NCBI GenBank assembly: GCA_965203295.1
Contig: CBDBCZ010000016.1
Span: 1-64,000 of the forward strand
Origin: Nitrospirales bacterium
GTDB lineage: Bacteria > Nitrospirota > Nitrospiria > Nitrospirales > UBA8639
Reading direction: 5' to 3'
DNA: 64,000 bases
The translations under genes were made by a program, and so were the position numbers. The notes beneath the pieces are model-generated. The model was not told where the DNA came from. It made no database searches and saw nothing but the letters and a program-made list of their open reading frames with translations. This document shows, one piece after another, positions 46,106 through 60,473 of this stretch (positions are counted from its first letter, which is position 1; each line of letters starts with the position of its first letter).

Positions 46106-47376
46106 GTTGCTGTTTTTTCTAGAACCCCAGCAAACTGTATGTGATAGAATTACTTTTAATGTGGAAATGATGATAAAAATTGTTGGTCCTCTGACTAGGG
46201 ATCTTATAATCTCTGTCCATGGCTGGGGGTGGGTGGTCAATGGTATGGACACTACGGCATGCATCATATCTTGTGCTCATCAGCTTATCTGTGCAACTGC
46301 TGGAGAGCCTCACCCATTGGAGTGCCTCAGCCCAGCTGGTTGTGCATGTGTTCCTACGAAATCAGTTAATCAAATACTGGCTGTGATTTCAGCCTGGTCT
46401 TATTCTCAGACCCTGCCATCTCTGAGAAATGTTGTGTGAGAAAGTCAATATAATCTGTAGACATTTCTTGAGCGTCATTTTACTCCCACTGCAGTGCCAC
46501 CCTGTAAGACGAAGTGCTGCAAAGTGAGATTCAACAGGACAATTGAAGTTGGACAAGTGCAAGGTACGCTTCCATATTTTGGACATGCACGGGTGGTTCC
46601 ATGGTCTCTATATTTAGAGAGATTCCTCTGTACGTAACTACATGTACATTAGAGATATTCACTTATGTATCAGTATGGATTAAATTCTAAAGTAGTGCTC
46701 ACTATTGGGTATTTCTTGTGTTAGAGACTGGACAAGAGCAACCCATTAGCTTACTAGACCTTATCTGTATGGCTGCATTTATGTACTGTTGTGGTTGCCT
46801 TCTATTGTTACCTTTAATTAACCTCTGCCAACATTTTGACTGGATGCTCTAGTGTTCAGGATGAAGGTGAAGCACCTGCTATGCAAAAACACCTGCAAGT
46901 ATGCAATTGTTTTCTGTTTGTACAGATCAACTTTCTAGTCATTCCCGGGAACGATCAGATGTGCAGTACGAGCAAACTCCCAAGAAGCCAGCCGAACTGC
47001 TGCCTGTTCCAAAAGTCATCCTCCTGTCATTAGTGTTTGGAATACTGGTAATATTTAGTGAGCAGCTATACAATGTGCTGAAAACGCCTCATAAAAAGAA
47101 AAAGGCCACGGTTTCATTATGGACTTGTGAAGTGTCTATAATGTAGGGAATGGCAGTGCTCAGAAATGTACATGTGCGTAGGACTTGGCAGGTCTACCAC
47201 ACAAGAACAATTAAGTGTTACAGGTTTAAAAATTCCAATATCTGTGTATGTATGTACGTGGGTGCATGCTGAGATGAGAATATGTAAGATAAGAAACACT
47301 ATCGAATGCCTTCCGTTAGCTCCATCTTGTCTTGCTTATTTAAATTAGTTCCCTGTGATGCTGATACTATATATTC

Positions 47377-47592
47377 AGTTATCTTAAGATATTCGTATCC
47401 TTGTTCCAACCCGCAACGGTTGTTTCAAAGAAGCTATGTATATACTATATGAGCTTTCATTTTCCTGTGTTTTGCACTGATGTGCCCTGAGGAAGGTTGC
47501 AATATGGCAACCGAAACGTTGGCAGTTTGATGAAATTACTTTGAAACAACTGTTGCGGGTTGGAACAAGGATACGAATATCTCAAGATGACT
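47377..47592. repeat. 54-bp inverted repeat enclosing the hammerhead motif
   Basis: 47377-47430 versus 47539-47592, 3 mismatches. Confidence 0.9.
47483..47524 (+). ncRNA. Minimal type I hammerhead ribozyme (Penelope-like)
   Basis: TGCC-CTGAGGA-A-GGTTGC-aatatg-GCAACC-GAAA-CG-TT-GGCA: CUGANGA and GAAA cores, a 6-bp stem II, stem I TGCC/GGCA and a palindromic ACGT stem III. Confidence 0.75.
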
Positions 47593-48934
47593 CCTAGCCA
47601 ACCGAGAATCTCCCTTCAACTTTATATAGTCAGTTTATTGATCTTATGTACTAGCTAATGATTTAGTAATTGCTTGGAATTTCAAAAGGCTAATACATTC
47701 ACGTACATGTAAATGATCTGAAGTTTGGTGTATGGCTACACAGATGGTATTACAACCCAGTCAGTTTGTGTACAAGGTTATTTACAGGCTGTATAGCTGT
47801 TGAATATCGCCACAGGTACAGTGATTATTTTGCGTATGTATAGGACTGTCATGGCCTCCCAGGATATTTTTTTTTTACAAAACAACTACCCTAGCTGAGA
47901 TTGAATTTGGTGGGTCTTGGAACCTACACCCAAGAGTGGTTATATACCCCATAGCTTATGAGTTTGTGGTTATCCCAAGAAGCTGAGGGATCAATGCAAA
48001 CAAGTGGGCTGAACAAATGGGGGTTATACATTATAGTGTAGAAACATAAGTGGGTGTTGTCTATCTGACATAACACATTGCACATGCATGCAATCTGTGC
48101 TGTGTGAGAACAAGACAAATTATATGACAAAGTGTGGGTAGTGAGGGTATGTTTTAGCTGCTCAATTTTAAGGATCTCAGTTGGTTCTCGGAATTCATGA
48201 TATTTGGAGTTCTCTTTCTCACGAATTTGGCTTCTCAAACTTGTCATCTTCAAATGCCGACGTTTTGACTGCTGGGCTGCAGTCTTCCTCTGGGCAGACA
48301 TCAATGCAGTGTGAAACAGATCATTTTTTGGATGATGTAATGTAGTATAAATAGCAACGACATGCTTATAGCAATGCAACTAAACAGGAATAGTATTTAA
48401 GTGTCGGGTCAGGAGTATGTGTACCAGGAGTCCTGTAGTAAGTCCATTACTGCACTTCTTAGGGTCAGGTAATGATCAAAATACTCAAATCAGTCTTTTG
48501 GTTCTACATTGGCCCGTTGCAGTCTGGCTTATACTGCCTCCCTCTAACTGAATACAGACGTAATTCCAGATGTAAATCAATACCTACATGTACCTTGCCC
48601 ATGCATCTTTTAAGGAACACTAAACTATGTATATGCACAATCCCGTTTACAATGCTGTGCCCACTGGAATTACGTCTGTAGTTCTACTAGCACTACAAAT
48701 GTGGGGTGTGTACATGAGTACTCAGTATGTCATCAAAGTATTGATTTGTTCTCCACCAAATGTTATACATGTACATGTACATAGCTACGTAATATATCTT
48801 GAGTGCTTTTGAAGTTCCCTAGCTTGTGTTGCATGCAGCGATCTCCATGTACAAGGTACTTAGTTTTGTGTGTGCATGTGTTGCATGCGTGTATCACTTG
48901 CAGAGCATCAATATCAACCCACCCACTTCCTTCC

Positions 48935-49104
<170 letters not shown>

Positions 49105-50617
49105 GCATACAGGACCATCTAGTATGCTATCTTCCTGGCACTCTGCCCCCGGGTGTGCACAATGGTCTTCCTAAGAAATACAGGACTATTGCCAAGAGCC
49201 TCTTGTACACCTGGTGCGCATGCCAGGTGTATAAGCAGATGCCAACCGGACTCAGTCTAGAGATTGTAAGGTACATTGTAAACTCTTCGAGATGATAAGC
49301 TTTCTGAGAGAGTAAAGAATCCCGAAAAAAAAAAAAACGAGACCCAGCTGGAGATTGAACCCAGGACCTTGTATTTTAGGTGTACAGTAGGTGATAATGG
49401 TAGAAGTGGGGATTCTTCTTTAGGGTATTTACCAGAGGCCCTATTGCTGTCTAGGATTATAGAGGAAGACCTACTTTTTTCATCTGTTGGGGGGTGGAGT
49501 TTAGTACACTCAATAATTTTGTAGGGCTACAGTCTTATACATGTACTATAGGAAGAATAACTTAGGGTGGTGCAACCTCTGGTTTTCTTGCCCTCTGACT
49601 GGAGATCTTGCAAGCTTCACCTACATCTGTGATTATGTGTGGTTAATGACATAAGTTCTCTGACGGCAACATAAGTGTGTTTTATTATTCTTCTACAGCC
49701 TTTGGATCGTCATAATCTCCTCCGACCAGAGACAGTGGAGTCTCTGTTCTAGCTCTACCAGCTTACCAAGGACGAACAATACCGCAATTGGGGTTGGAAG
49801 ATCTTTCAGGCCTTTGAGAAGTGTTATTTTCTGATGATAGTAGTTTAATATCAGTCGACAGATGGATCATCAATAATGAAGCTCACCCACTACATGTACC
49901 CATTTGGACAGATTACTATTTTTAACTGCATAAGATTATTTAGCGTTAGTGGTTTCAGAAGTGTACAGCACTCCTAACATATAATTTTTTTGTAAAATCA
50001 ATAACAGAAAACGTTGCTATATACGAAGGGTGGTACGAGTAGAGGGTACACTTTCAAACTGTGGATTTATAACCGCAGTTCACTGAAAATGAAATACTTT
50101 TTGACATGTTTCTTTCCATAGCGTGCCATGGAAAGCCATTCTGTAGAGACAGAACCTTGTTCATTTATTATGCAATAGGAACTAGAATCCTGATGTCTAT
50201 TCAAGTTTAATATGCAAGCTATGCTTATGGGACAAACAAAAGCATACATGTACAACTCATTACTATCATGGTGTATATCGTAAACAGTATGTACAAGGGA
50301 AATTACTTTATTAATTAAAGATACATAAATAGTTTACTACAATATACGTGTATATAGCTAATCAGTGTATGAAAACTCCAGCAATAATAAGTATACCGAT
50401 GTAGGTCAAAACCACAATGACTTAACAATTACTAGTTTTACATAACTCGAAAGGAAAAGCATGTGTGGCTAAGAAATTCTGAGCACATTATGTAGTAGCG
50501 GATAATTAAGCAATATCGATATCGTTTCAATAAATAAACATCACTTTCACATAAAACGTGTACATGTGTGCTGTCTAAGAAAATCTGAGCACATTATGTA
50601 CATGTAGCTGCATAAGT

Positions 50618-51158
50618 TCAGTGGTTACTTGTCTTATACAACTTCTTTGCTAGCGATCTCAGGTAGTCTAAGTACTCCAACTTCTTGTAATGACCCTCAG
50701 GAACTCCCTCATAGCCATACTTTGCTCCCCAGCAAGCAGCAGCTATGATTCCAGTACTATCAGAGTCACCACCATGTAGCATGCTGTGAAGACACAGCTC
50801 ACTCCATGAGTCCCCACTACACGATAACGCATCAAAAGCAATCATTGGGGCGTCATGACCACTTGCACCTCCCGTGCCTGCAAAGCTGCAGCTCTTATAA
50901 AATCGATCACGTTCAACTACTCCATACACTTCTGGAAAAGTTGGTTTTGACACTCCAGATTCAATGCCTCGAAGTTTCAGATACTCAATCCACTTCTTCT
51001 CAAAATAGCTCCAGGTCTCTCTATTCTCCTGGACATCCCGCCCAACTCTCTCAATGTACTGCTTTGCCAACTCTAAAGTTCGTAGTAGCCCCACTCCCCA
51101 TTCCTCCAGTGGTTTTTCCTGAATTGCATACGAAACAAAAAGAGCTGTAGCAAGGGAC
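50618..51158 (-). pseudogene. ADPRH: ARH1 3' half (copy 2, in the segmental duplicate)
   Basis: Same protein as 2783-3320 apart from FEKKW vs FEKW, V/I and Y/H. Again bounded by AGGGAC (51153-51158) and a TIR starting at 51159. Confidence 0.95.
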
Positions 51159-53232
51159 TGTAGGAACGCAAGCGCGAAACCAACGCAATTGCGAAACTAA
51201 CGCAAACGAGAAACCTGCCACACCCTACACTAGCCGGCCAGCCGCATGAACGTTTATACCCCGCCAACATCCGCCGTTGCATACAAAACACGATTGTTGT
51301 GCAAATACAAAGCATGCAGATCAGCTAACATACGATGGCGATGCATCTATTCAACAATGCCAGTGTAGTAGTGGTACTTGGCCAACAGAACCTACAAAAA
51401 AGCATTGAACATACATGTACTGACTGAGTATGCATGTGGTTGCTTAATATCTGTAATTGTGTTTTGAGTCCATGTGCATGCAACTTTACAGTGGTGATCA
51501 TAGAGTCAGATGCAGTCTTTCTATTACCACAAGTTAGTGGAAGGGAAGAGCTTGAAGAGAAAAGTGCAGTACATCCAGCACAGAGAATGGCCATTAACAT
51601 GCCTACCAGATATGGTGTGTATTTCAATAGGAATTTGCAAACAACTACAGAATATTTTTTCATATACAATCTTTTAATATCTTGCAGGTAGCTGAAGTCT
51701 CCCACCACATGGATGGGATAGCCTCAATTATTTTTAAAGGGAAGAGCATCGTAAAATCAGTGGATCTTGCATAAGATGTTTCGTATAATGAGGTAATGCA
51801 TTGACTTATTCACACACCAAGAGTAAAGTATATTATACCACTCACATTGTTCTCATGCAGGCTATGGTTCTACTCCTGCAGAAGAAATATGCACTACAGT
51901 ATAATGCAGCCATTAATGCCCATATCCAAGAAGAATTCCCAAGATAATAGCATATTAACTGAGGTTCCATGCTGCAACACAACATGAGAGTAGGTGCTAT
52001 ACATACTACATGTAGCCTCGTTCCTAGGCTCTACTTCCCAGCTTTTGTTTTCGCACGTAATAATCATTTTACTATGTACGAAAAAAAACTGGGAAATAAG
52101 TAGATATGGTTGTCGAGAATGCATCAAAAGTGCAGAAACTGGAATGAATACGCCTATATTTATACCCATAGTAATCCTGGTCATGCTGGTTAAGTCACAA
52201 CAGTTGTGAATATGTAAGTATACATCTACAGGTTATCTCGTATTGAAATAGAGCACAGTGAAGCCCTCTCTGGGGCTGTGGCTGCAATGAAACAGTATAA
52301 AGAGCAGAGGCTACTAAAGGTTGTAGAGACGACTAAACAGGAGGAGCAAGTAAGTGACATACAATCATTGTAATATGAGCATATCTCAGACTGGATATTG
52401 CATACTGAGTCATGTACAATGCAAGCAGAACGTTGATAGACGGATGCTCAGATTTGGTGTGTACGTACATGTAGATTAAATGTGTGTGGCTTGCAGAACA
52501 AAAATTAATAACCAATATAAGGGAATTTTTCGGCCTTTTATAAGTCTGATTCAGAATAAGCACATCTTCTTTAGCCTAATTCTGTTTCCGAGAGTTTCTT
52601 GTACCCATGCAAGTGTTACTAGTGTTGTCCCAGTAGATCAAAGGTATTAGTGTGCTGGACAAAAGTGTTGTCACTGTTACATGTACTTGCAAACATTCTC
52701 AAAACTGCCTACCCAAACCTTAACTCAAAGCCACTTTCCTAATGTCGAGAATAGCAGTTTGGAATCTACGTATTTAGCTAGTAGCATCTTAGTCTATCGA
52801 GCTAGACCCTCCTCTATGCTTAGCTAAGCACAGAGGAGGGTCTAGCTCGATAGACTAGTAGCATCTAAAAAGATACTTGGCTGCTCTTCTAAAACGTGTA
52901 ATGAAGCAGTAAGGGAATATGGGGTTTAAGTTGAGGTCTAGTACTAATTGTCTGAATGAAGAGTTAGGAAGATAAAAATGATGATAGGCAGTGTTGGTTA
53001 TGTGGGAAAGAATGTGAGAGTGTAGTTCACGTGCTCCGACCGGAAATTCACAGGGACTGGGCACTCAATAGATTGAGTTTTTTTTTGGTCGAGTGGCTAG
53101 CCAGCCCTCTGTGATGGTATCAATAACGTCTGATCAAGTGGCTGGTGAAGTTGTGTCGACATGTTAATATCTACTTGTCTTTTATGGATTGTATAGAATG
53201 TTCACTTATGTTACAAAGATAATTTAATTCTA

Positions 53233-53865
53233 TCATGGAGTACGGTAGTACTCCATATGTAGGGATGGCACGGAAAAAAATGACGGCCCCATATAACGCG
53301 TACAAAATTATACGCTCAGAACTCGGCTCTGATTATAGTCATAGGCTTTTATGAGCCATATCATGACATCTCGAGTGTTTTCATCAGCAGCAGGGCTGTT
53401 GGCGTTGCTAGAAACCTTCGCTGGAGTACCATACAGGCAAGTCGACACACTGGGGGGGCGGGGCATATTCGTACAACTCTTTCTTCTTCTTCAGCCAGGC
53501 TAGCGCGATAATGGCTGAAGCGATCACAATGATTCAAGCGCGAACAAACTTGAAATTCCCTGGGGTATTGCACTCGCAGCATAGCTTATTCAAAACATCG
53601 AATGGGTTCAGCAGTGATTTCCAAGTACTCTTGAGTGGACGCTTGCTGTTGAGTATGGGGGTGTGGTACAGATTGTGGTGGGTGTGGTTGGAAAGATGTA
53701 GGGATGGTAGCTACGCGGTAAATGCATTGCACTGTGATGTGTGGGTAGTCTGTGCATGCATTGTGGTGTGCACTGTTGCTTGTTTCATTGGTTTTTGGGG
53801 AAGTGTTTTTTGGTGGAAGTACATCCCTACATCACTTGTTTTTGCACTTTTTGGCAAAGTGCTTT
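53233..53865 (+). mobile_element. 633-bp Helitron/Helentron-like non-autonomous insertion, found only in duplicate copy 2
   Basis: Absent at the equivalent site 5571/5572. Inserted between A and T without a TSD and starts with TC. Has a 5' hairpin ATGGAGTAC-ggta-GTACTCCAT, subterminal inverted repeats ATGTAGGGATG/CATCCCTACAT and a 3' hairpin GCACTTT-ttggc-AAAGTGC before a T-run. Confidence 0.72.
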
Positions 53866-56800
53866 TAACTAATATAAGAAGAAAACTAGGAGAATAATAT
53901 GGAGAATAGCAAAAATCTCAAGCCTGTTAGGCATTCCTTTTCTCATCAGGATATTCTCAGGATCATGAGCAGCCCCAACATAGTAGTATACACGTATGTA
54001 TGTATCTATGTCTTTTACCAAGATGAGCAGCACTAATCCCTTCATCTTGAAGCCCTCTAACTTGGTTGGCCATGATGCTAGTGTATGTGTGTGGTGATGG
54101 CTGATACGTATACCTATTTTTTCATTATGAAAGGAGAAAACAGGCTTTTACTCCCCCAATGGACTGGATGATTGGTGTGTTGTTGCCCTTGATCATAGTG
54201 TTTATCCACAACTGGGCCAAAGTGCTTTACTAGTGATCCTAGTAGTTTATGTATATGGATAATCTTCATTCTCACCTTACCTGCCACGCTAGAATTTTTC
54301 CATGTCAAAGCAAGGATCTCTCCTGGCAGGCTGCTGGTGAATCACAGCTACACTAAATTGACACAATATCCAGGACCATAGTCAGCTGATATGTGATACT
54401 TAGTCTACAATGAAAATGGCACTTCCCAAACAATTGAGTGCAACCTTGAGAATGGAATGTAGTGCATATGGGTGCACTCATTCCCTGGTTCAACTCTGCT
54501 GTTTTTATTCACATACATGTAGTAAAACAGCACCTTTTGGCATTCTGTAACCCACAGCAGCTGGGGCGGAGGCCAGGAACGAAGCTACGTAGGAATGTCC
54601 TTTTTTTTAGTAGACAGTGTCAAAATAGTGCAGGTATTTCCTCTTATATTAAGGGGAGAAAAGAGTGTAGGGATACACAGTCAAGGGGTTACTTTTTAGA
54701 GAGTGTAATCTTCTTCTAAACAGCTCATAGTATGTGCAGACAAACACCGGCCTGCACTACTGCATATTAACCTGGAGTGCATGACCTCTCCCAATATCAT
54801 TATACAAGGCAAGAACGTTCGTGAAGTAAGTAGTTTAGACGGTTCATAGTTATGTATGCAATTTTCCTAGTAGCTGTCTACTACTGCAGCTATTTATCCC
54901 AATATTTAGTGAAAATTAATATTGCATTTCACTTCCAGGATAAGGAATGGAATTGGAATGTGAGGAGAGGAAGGCTCTTCAACTGAAGCTGGTAAGCCAC
55001 ATCTACCTTTGAGTATATCACTTCTGTCTCAGTACTGACTGCAATCAGCACAACAGTGCGTGTTTCTCAACTTGTAGTGTGTACCATTCTTTACTTAAAA
55101 GGCTTCTTCATTAAGACTAGGTGGTTGGAGCTAGTAACTTTGAAATAGAATTAATGCTAACTAGAGGTCTTCAACAAGACATACCCCGCGCTGAATACTG
55201 AGACATAGGGCTAGCTGTGAATTACAGTCAATATTCCAATGGTTTTACAGTAGTGTCTGCACGTAGCTACGTTATTATGCACTACTAATTCAGTGTCCAG
55301 AGTGTCTGGAACTACATGTACGTGTACTACAGCTTCTGTTATTTTGTTCACTATGTAATATCAGTAATGACAGGACTCTTCAACGACAATGAGCATATGT
55401 ACATGCCGCAAGATACAGAATGATAGACGTAAACAGTTACGTACTTGTAGAAGCTGTGGGCATATATCTATTCTCATGTATGGGTCGACACTTAATTACG
55501 TGTATATGATAATTATAATAATAGTGTGCATGCCCTTTGACCTGTCCCTAGTGGTACAGACATGCGGAAGTTGGCGAGAGTAACTGAAGTTTGAGGTTTA
55601 TCACAAGCTGTATTGCTCTGGAGAGACACTCAAGATCTGGTGTATGATTTAACCTTCCGTCTCAGTCTATGAAACTGGCCTCCGATAGTCACTTGGTCTT
55701 GTCACGAGACTAGTCCTCTAAATGATTGATGTCACAATAACAATCATGAAGATATTTTAATATTTTTATGACAGACGGATGGACAAAACCAATTGCTTAA
55801 CCCCCACTTGTGCATGTTTGGCGCAGGGTATTATTATTTCCATACATGACAGGGTATATAAGCTTGCACATTATGCATCCTGGACTTACATTTATTTCAA
55901 AGCTGCGTAATAGACACCCACGCTGACTAAATGTGACATAATACGTAATATATCACCTGACAATGCCATTTTTTTTGTGCTACAGTGCACTTTTACATGT
56001 ACGTACAAAGGACACTTATTAACCAACCAAGTGTTTCCACACAGGAGAATCTGGAGGAAAGTCTGAGAGAACTTGCAGTGAGCAAATCAGAAGCTCTTGA
56101 CGTTGCTGTGATGCAAAAGATTACATTAAAAGAAAAATTGCTTGCGGAAATCGCTTGCTATGAGGTAAGCAGTGTACCGGGTATCATGTATGTGTACTTG
56201 TAGAGTGAATAGAAAAGGTGTGCAATGTCCAATCTAACTGCACAATTTAACAACTGATTGGAAAACAGAGTTGTTGTTGGTGGCAGCTGTTGGTTGACAC
56301 GGGTCAAAATCATGGACCGTATCTTTCCATTGTTAAAGTCATGTACATACATACTTTTTCAAATTGTGGTCAGGATGTTCTACATGTGCAGGAACAGTCT
56401 GACCAGTATGCAGTCACTATAGCTGCAATGGAAGAAAAGCTGCTGACCCTAATGAAGAAGTCCCAACTGTTAGAAAAGAAGAATGAGAGCCTGTAACAGT
56501 AAATGGCTTTGCATCAGCAAGTAGCCAGTAATTCAGAAAAGAGAGGCACTGCTACATGTACAGGTAATAATGAATGTGTACACATCTATAGGTACCAATA
56601 CAGACATTCACTGCAGTATGGATACTTGAATCTAACGCTCCATTTTGTGTTCATGATCATTGACCATTGATCCTTGCACACGTGTAGGTATGTTCATACA
56701 GCGCACTGCCCAGAGTTGTGACCATAGACAAACATTCTGTTTTCAACTTGGGTCATTTGTGGTGCATGTACGTGTAGCTTGCTATGCATGTTTTAATTGA

Positions 56801-57008
56801 ATGCGTGAAAAACCTCCCAGATACAACAATACATGTACATGCAATAAAGGCATATCTAGTTCCACTACTTTAGCTAGGTAGCTCAGAGTGGGTTATGAGG
56901 TGACCATGGATCTGAGTCCAGATAACGTGTACATGTACAGAGGGGAGTGGGGGTTTACAAGAAATTATTTCTAAATTCTCTTTGGGGCATACTCGCCCGT
57001 ATGAAAGC

Positions 57009-57057
<49 letters not shown>

Positions 57058-57335
57058 CTAATATCACAATTTGCTATTCATTCTTCATCAGTAGCAATCA
57101 ACTGCTGCCTCCTTGTTCTTGCGCAGGAGTGTCTTTTGCAGTTCCAGGAAATTGTCCAGCAGTTTTCTCAGCAGGGATTGATCTGCAAAGTAAAATGAAA
57201 TGCACACCTCCAATTACCATTTTTATATACATTAAACAGGCTATGACATACTCAATATGTAAGACTTGTAAGTATGCTGCTTTGCGATACATACTAACCC
57301 CCCCCCCCCCGTATGAAAGCCTTGTGTGTGTGTGT

Positions 57336-57380
<45 letters not shown>

Positions 57381-60300
57381 GTGTGAAAAATCACAATTTT
57401 CGTTAAATAGAAGAAAATATAAGTTAAATATCACGGTTATACTTAAATACTTAGTCTAATATCACATTTTGCTATTCATTCTTCATCAGTAGCAAACTCA
57501 TCTACTCATGATCAACTTGCAGCAGTGCATGCTATTATGTAGATGTGTGGTATATTGTCAAATCAGTGTGACCATAGATAGTGTCTTCAACTGACGTGAC
57601 CCTCATTAGCTCCCAGCATTAAAAAGCCAAACTTGTCAACATGTTGAATACAATTTTATCTACACATCATCAGCTTAATCGCAACAGTTTATTTTGCTTG
57701 TAAAACTGTGTTTGAAGTGTTCCTGTAAAAAAGCATCCCTGCTTTTAGTGTATCCTGGATGGGTATCAGTGATGGGGCCAGAGTTTGGGTGGGGCTTTAA
57801 CAGATGAATAAATTTTGCATTCTAGCTACAAATGTTAAATTTATGCATTATTAAGCAGAGGGCATGGTGTATATTTGTTCCGCGCAATCTAGGAATTTGC
57901 GTAATCTCTAAATTGTGTTGCGCACTCACAGAATCCTGAAATTGCGTTCCAAGCTACTCAAGATTTAGAATGGACACATTTATGCTCCATGTGCATGCTT
58001 CATTGCATCCTGTCACCATAACCCACTAGCGGCGTCTCAATGACCAAATTACAGAGTCATCACTCATAGATTAGGCAAACAGTCCAGTATTCAGTGAGCC
58101 TGATTCCTCCTCAAGATTGTATTAGCTTGTTTGTGCATGCTTGACAATGTACGTATTATACTTGAGTGAGCACACTGGCAAGGTTCCCTTTCAGCTGAGT
58201 GGGTGGGTTACAATTTACAAACTGTGTGGGGTCCTATGCTCAAGCGCTTACACCCTTTGTATGGTATGTTATACTTTTCATGTGGGTATCCAACTGAATG
58301 AAAGCCACTGAAATGTCACTGCAACTATGAATTTGTCTAGTGGTTCATGCGCTTCTGACGTCAAGAAAGATTCCGGAGAAAGATTCCTGCATCGATGTAC
58401 CACATACAGCATTATTTAGCAACACTACATGGTACTGTAGCAGATGTGAGTAGTATATTTGCAGATATTCAGTTAAATTGCTAACTAATTAAAGGTTTAA
58501 CTAGAGATACGTACACGCAGTATAATGCCTCGCGCACGAGCATTCAGTAGGTGTGGTTTGGTTGCGCGTGTTTACAATGTGTGAGAATTTGACAGATAGA
58601 AAGGAGAGGTAGCTAAACGTGCATGAGAATTCGGCGAGTTCATCCTTCTCCAACGGTGGAAATTAACGCGGTGCATGGTTTCTCCAGCGAAAAAGAGCAA
58701 CTGTTGTTAGCTAAAAAGCGTACGCACCTCTGGTCTTTTAGCTTCGATTTTGTATGCCGCTCGTTGCTTTCTATTGCGTAGTGTAGCAAGATGCCCAGCC
58801 CTTTCCCCACTCGTCTCGCCAACGTTGTCGGACTCCGTGACTCGACTTTAGCCGACGCAACACGCCGGCCACGCCATGCGCGGTACGCAGTATAATTGCA
58901 TTCCTAAGCGAGACACATGCATTTATAATATGTTCCGCACGAACCAGGAATTTGCGCAATCCTAGAATCGCGCAATGCAAACTAGAAATCCATACTTTGC
59001 CGCGCAATCCCAGGATTGCGCAGCCAATTCCACTTTTGCGCACATGTGATATTGACACTTATTTAGCTAGCTATAAAAATGCCACGCTCGGTCAGTAATG
59101 CAGCATCTCTGTGGCTTGCAAGCCATCAGTTTCATTCATCCGTCTTTATTGCAAACTGTAGATTGCCAGAATAATTTTACAATGTAATAGTTGTGACAAA
59201 TGGTTTCATTACAAATTTAATGTGTTGGTTTTAACAAATACAATAGCAGACTATCAATAGTTGGCGATTGGTTTTGTAACCACTGCCAGTAGTTTTTGCT
59301 TTCAGCACTTGACTCTTTGTTTATCCCTTTGCTGTCTATACTTTGACGCTTCATGCACTTCATATCAAAATTCGAACTTTGTACGAACGAATTTAGTCTA
59401 CGCAATGCAGGGATTGCGTGCCAAAGTACGGATTCCTACTTTGCGCAGCGCAATCCTAAGTTTGCGCGACTTCCTGGTTTGCGCGGAACATATATATTAT
59501 ACAAACGCTTGCTGAGATGCGTTACAGGATTAGTCTCCTCGTGCTAAGGCGCTCAGCAATAATAACTATGCCATATCACATCCAAAGGGACCAAAATTGG
59601 GCCAATTCTGCTGGAAGATGTAGCTGGGGGAGGGGGGGGGGGGGGGGGGGGTCAATTTTCCAATGGTCCTTGGACCATTTCTTCCAGGACCAAGATGCCA
59701 GACACATCTGGATTTAGTTGGAACTATATTATTTAGGAAACCAGTTAGCCGCTATAAATTTCTTTCTACATGTATTATATATTTCAGAGGGGGATCAGTG
59801 TGCAACTTGCTGTGTGGTTATAGATTTCTTTAACGTACAGCTTTACTTGTTAAGCTTCAGTCATACCACACACACTACATACACATTTCTGTGACAACCT
59901 CTCGCAATTAATTTATCCTCCAGTATAGAATTGACATGTAGTACATGGACATGTCTACAGCTACATCTACTTGTACACGCGTACATAGCAAGTAGCTCAG
60001 CTGAAAGCTAAAGAGTTTGTGATGTACATGTAATACCTACTGTGCATACATGCAAATAGTATAGAACAAAACAAAAAAAATCGACACCTGTGTCGTAGGG
60101 ATGCTGCTTCTGGAGCTGCAGGGTGAAGCACTGCTGCTGTGAGGCACCTTATCTTCATTTGTAGTCATGGTAGTTGAAAAACATCAATGAAGTCTCATTG
60201 ACCTGCAATAGCAGAATCACATTTACAGTTATATTTAGTATACTTGCCTGCTGTGATAGTCTTGTTTGAAAGGAGGCAACCCATGATACAAGAGCTGCAT

Positions 60301-60473
60301 GGCTATGATATGACTGATGCTTAAACATTCTGACAATACAAGTAAAGTTGTACGTTCAAGAAATCTATACCCACACAGCACGTTGCACACTAATCCCCCT
60401 CTGAAATACACTTTCTCATAATCGACATGCATGTAGAAACAAATTCATAGCTGCTAACTGGTTTCCTATATAA

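Noticed and set aside
46038..46439. 133-aa plus-strand ORF
   Set aside because: It partly overlaps LINE-derived sequence and has no recognisable motif.
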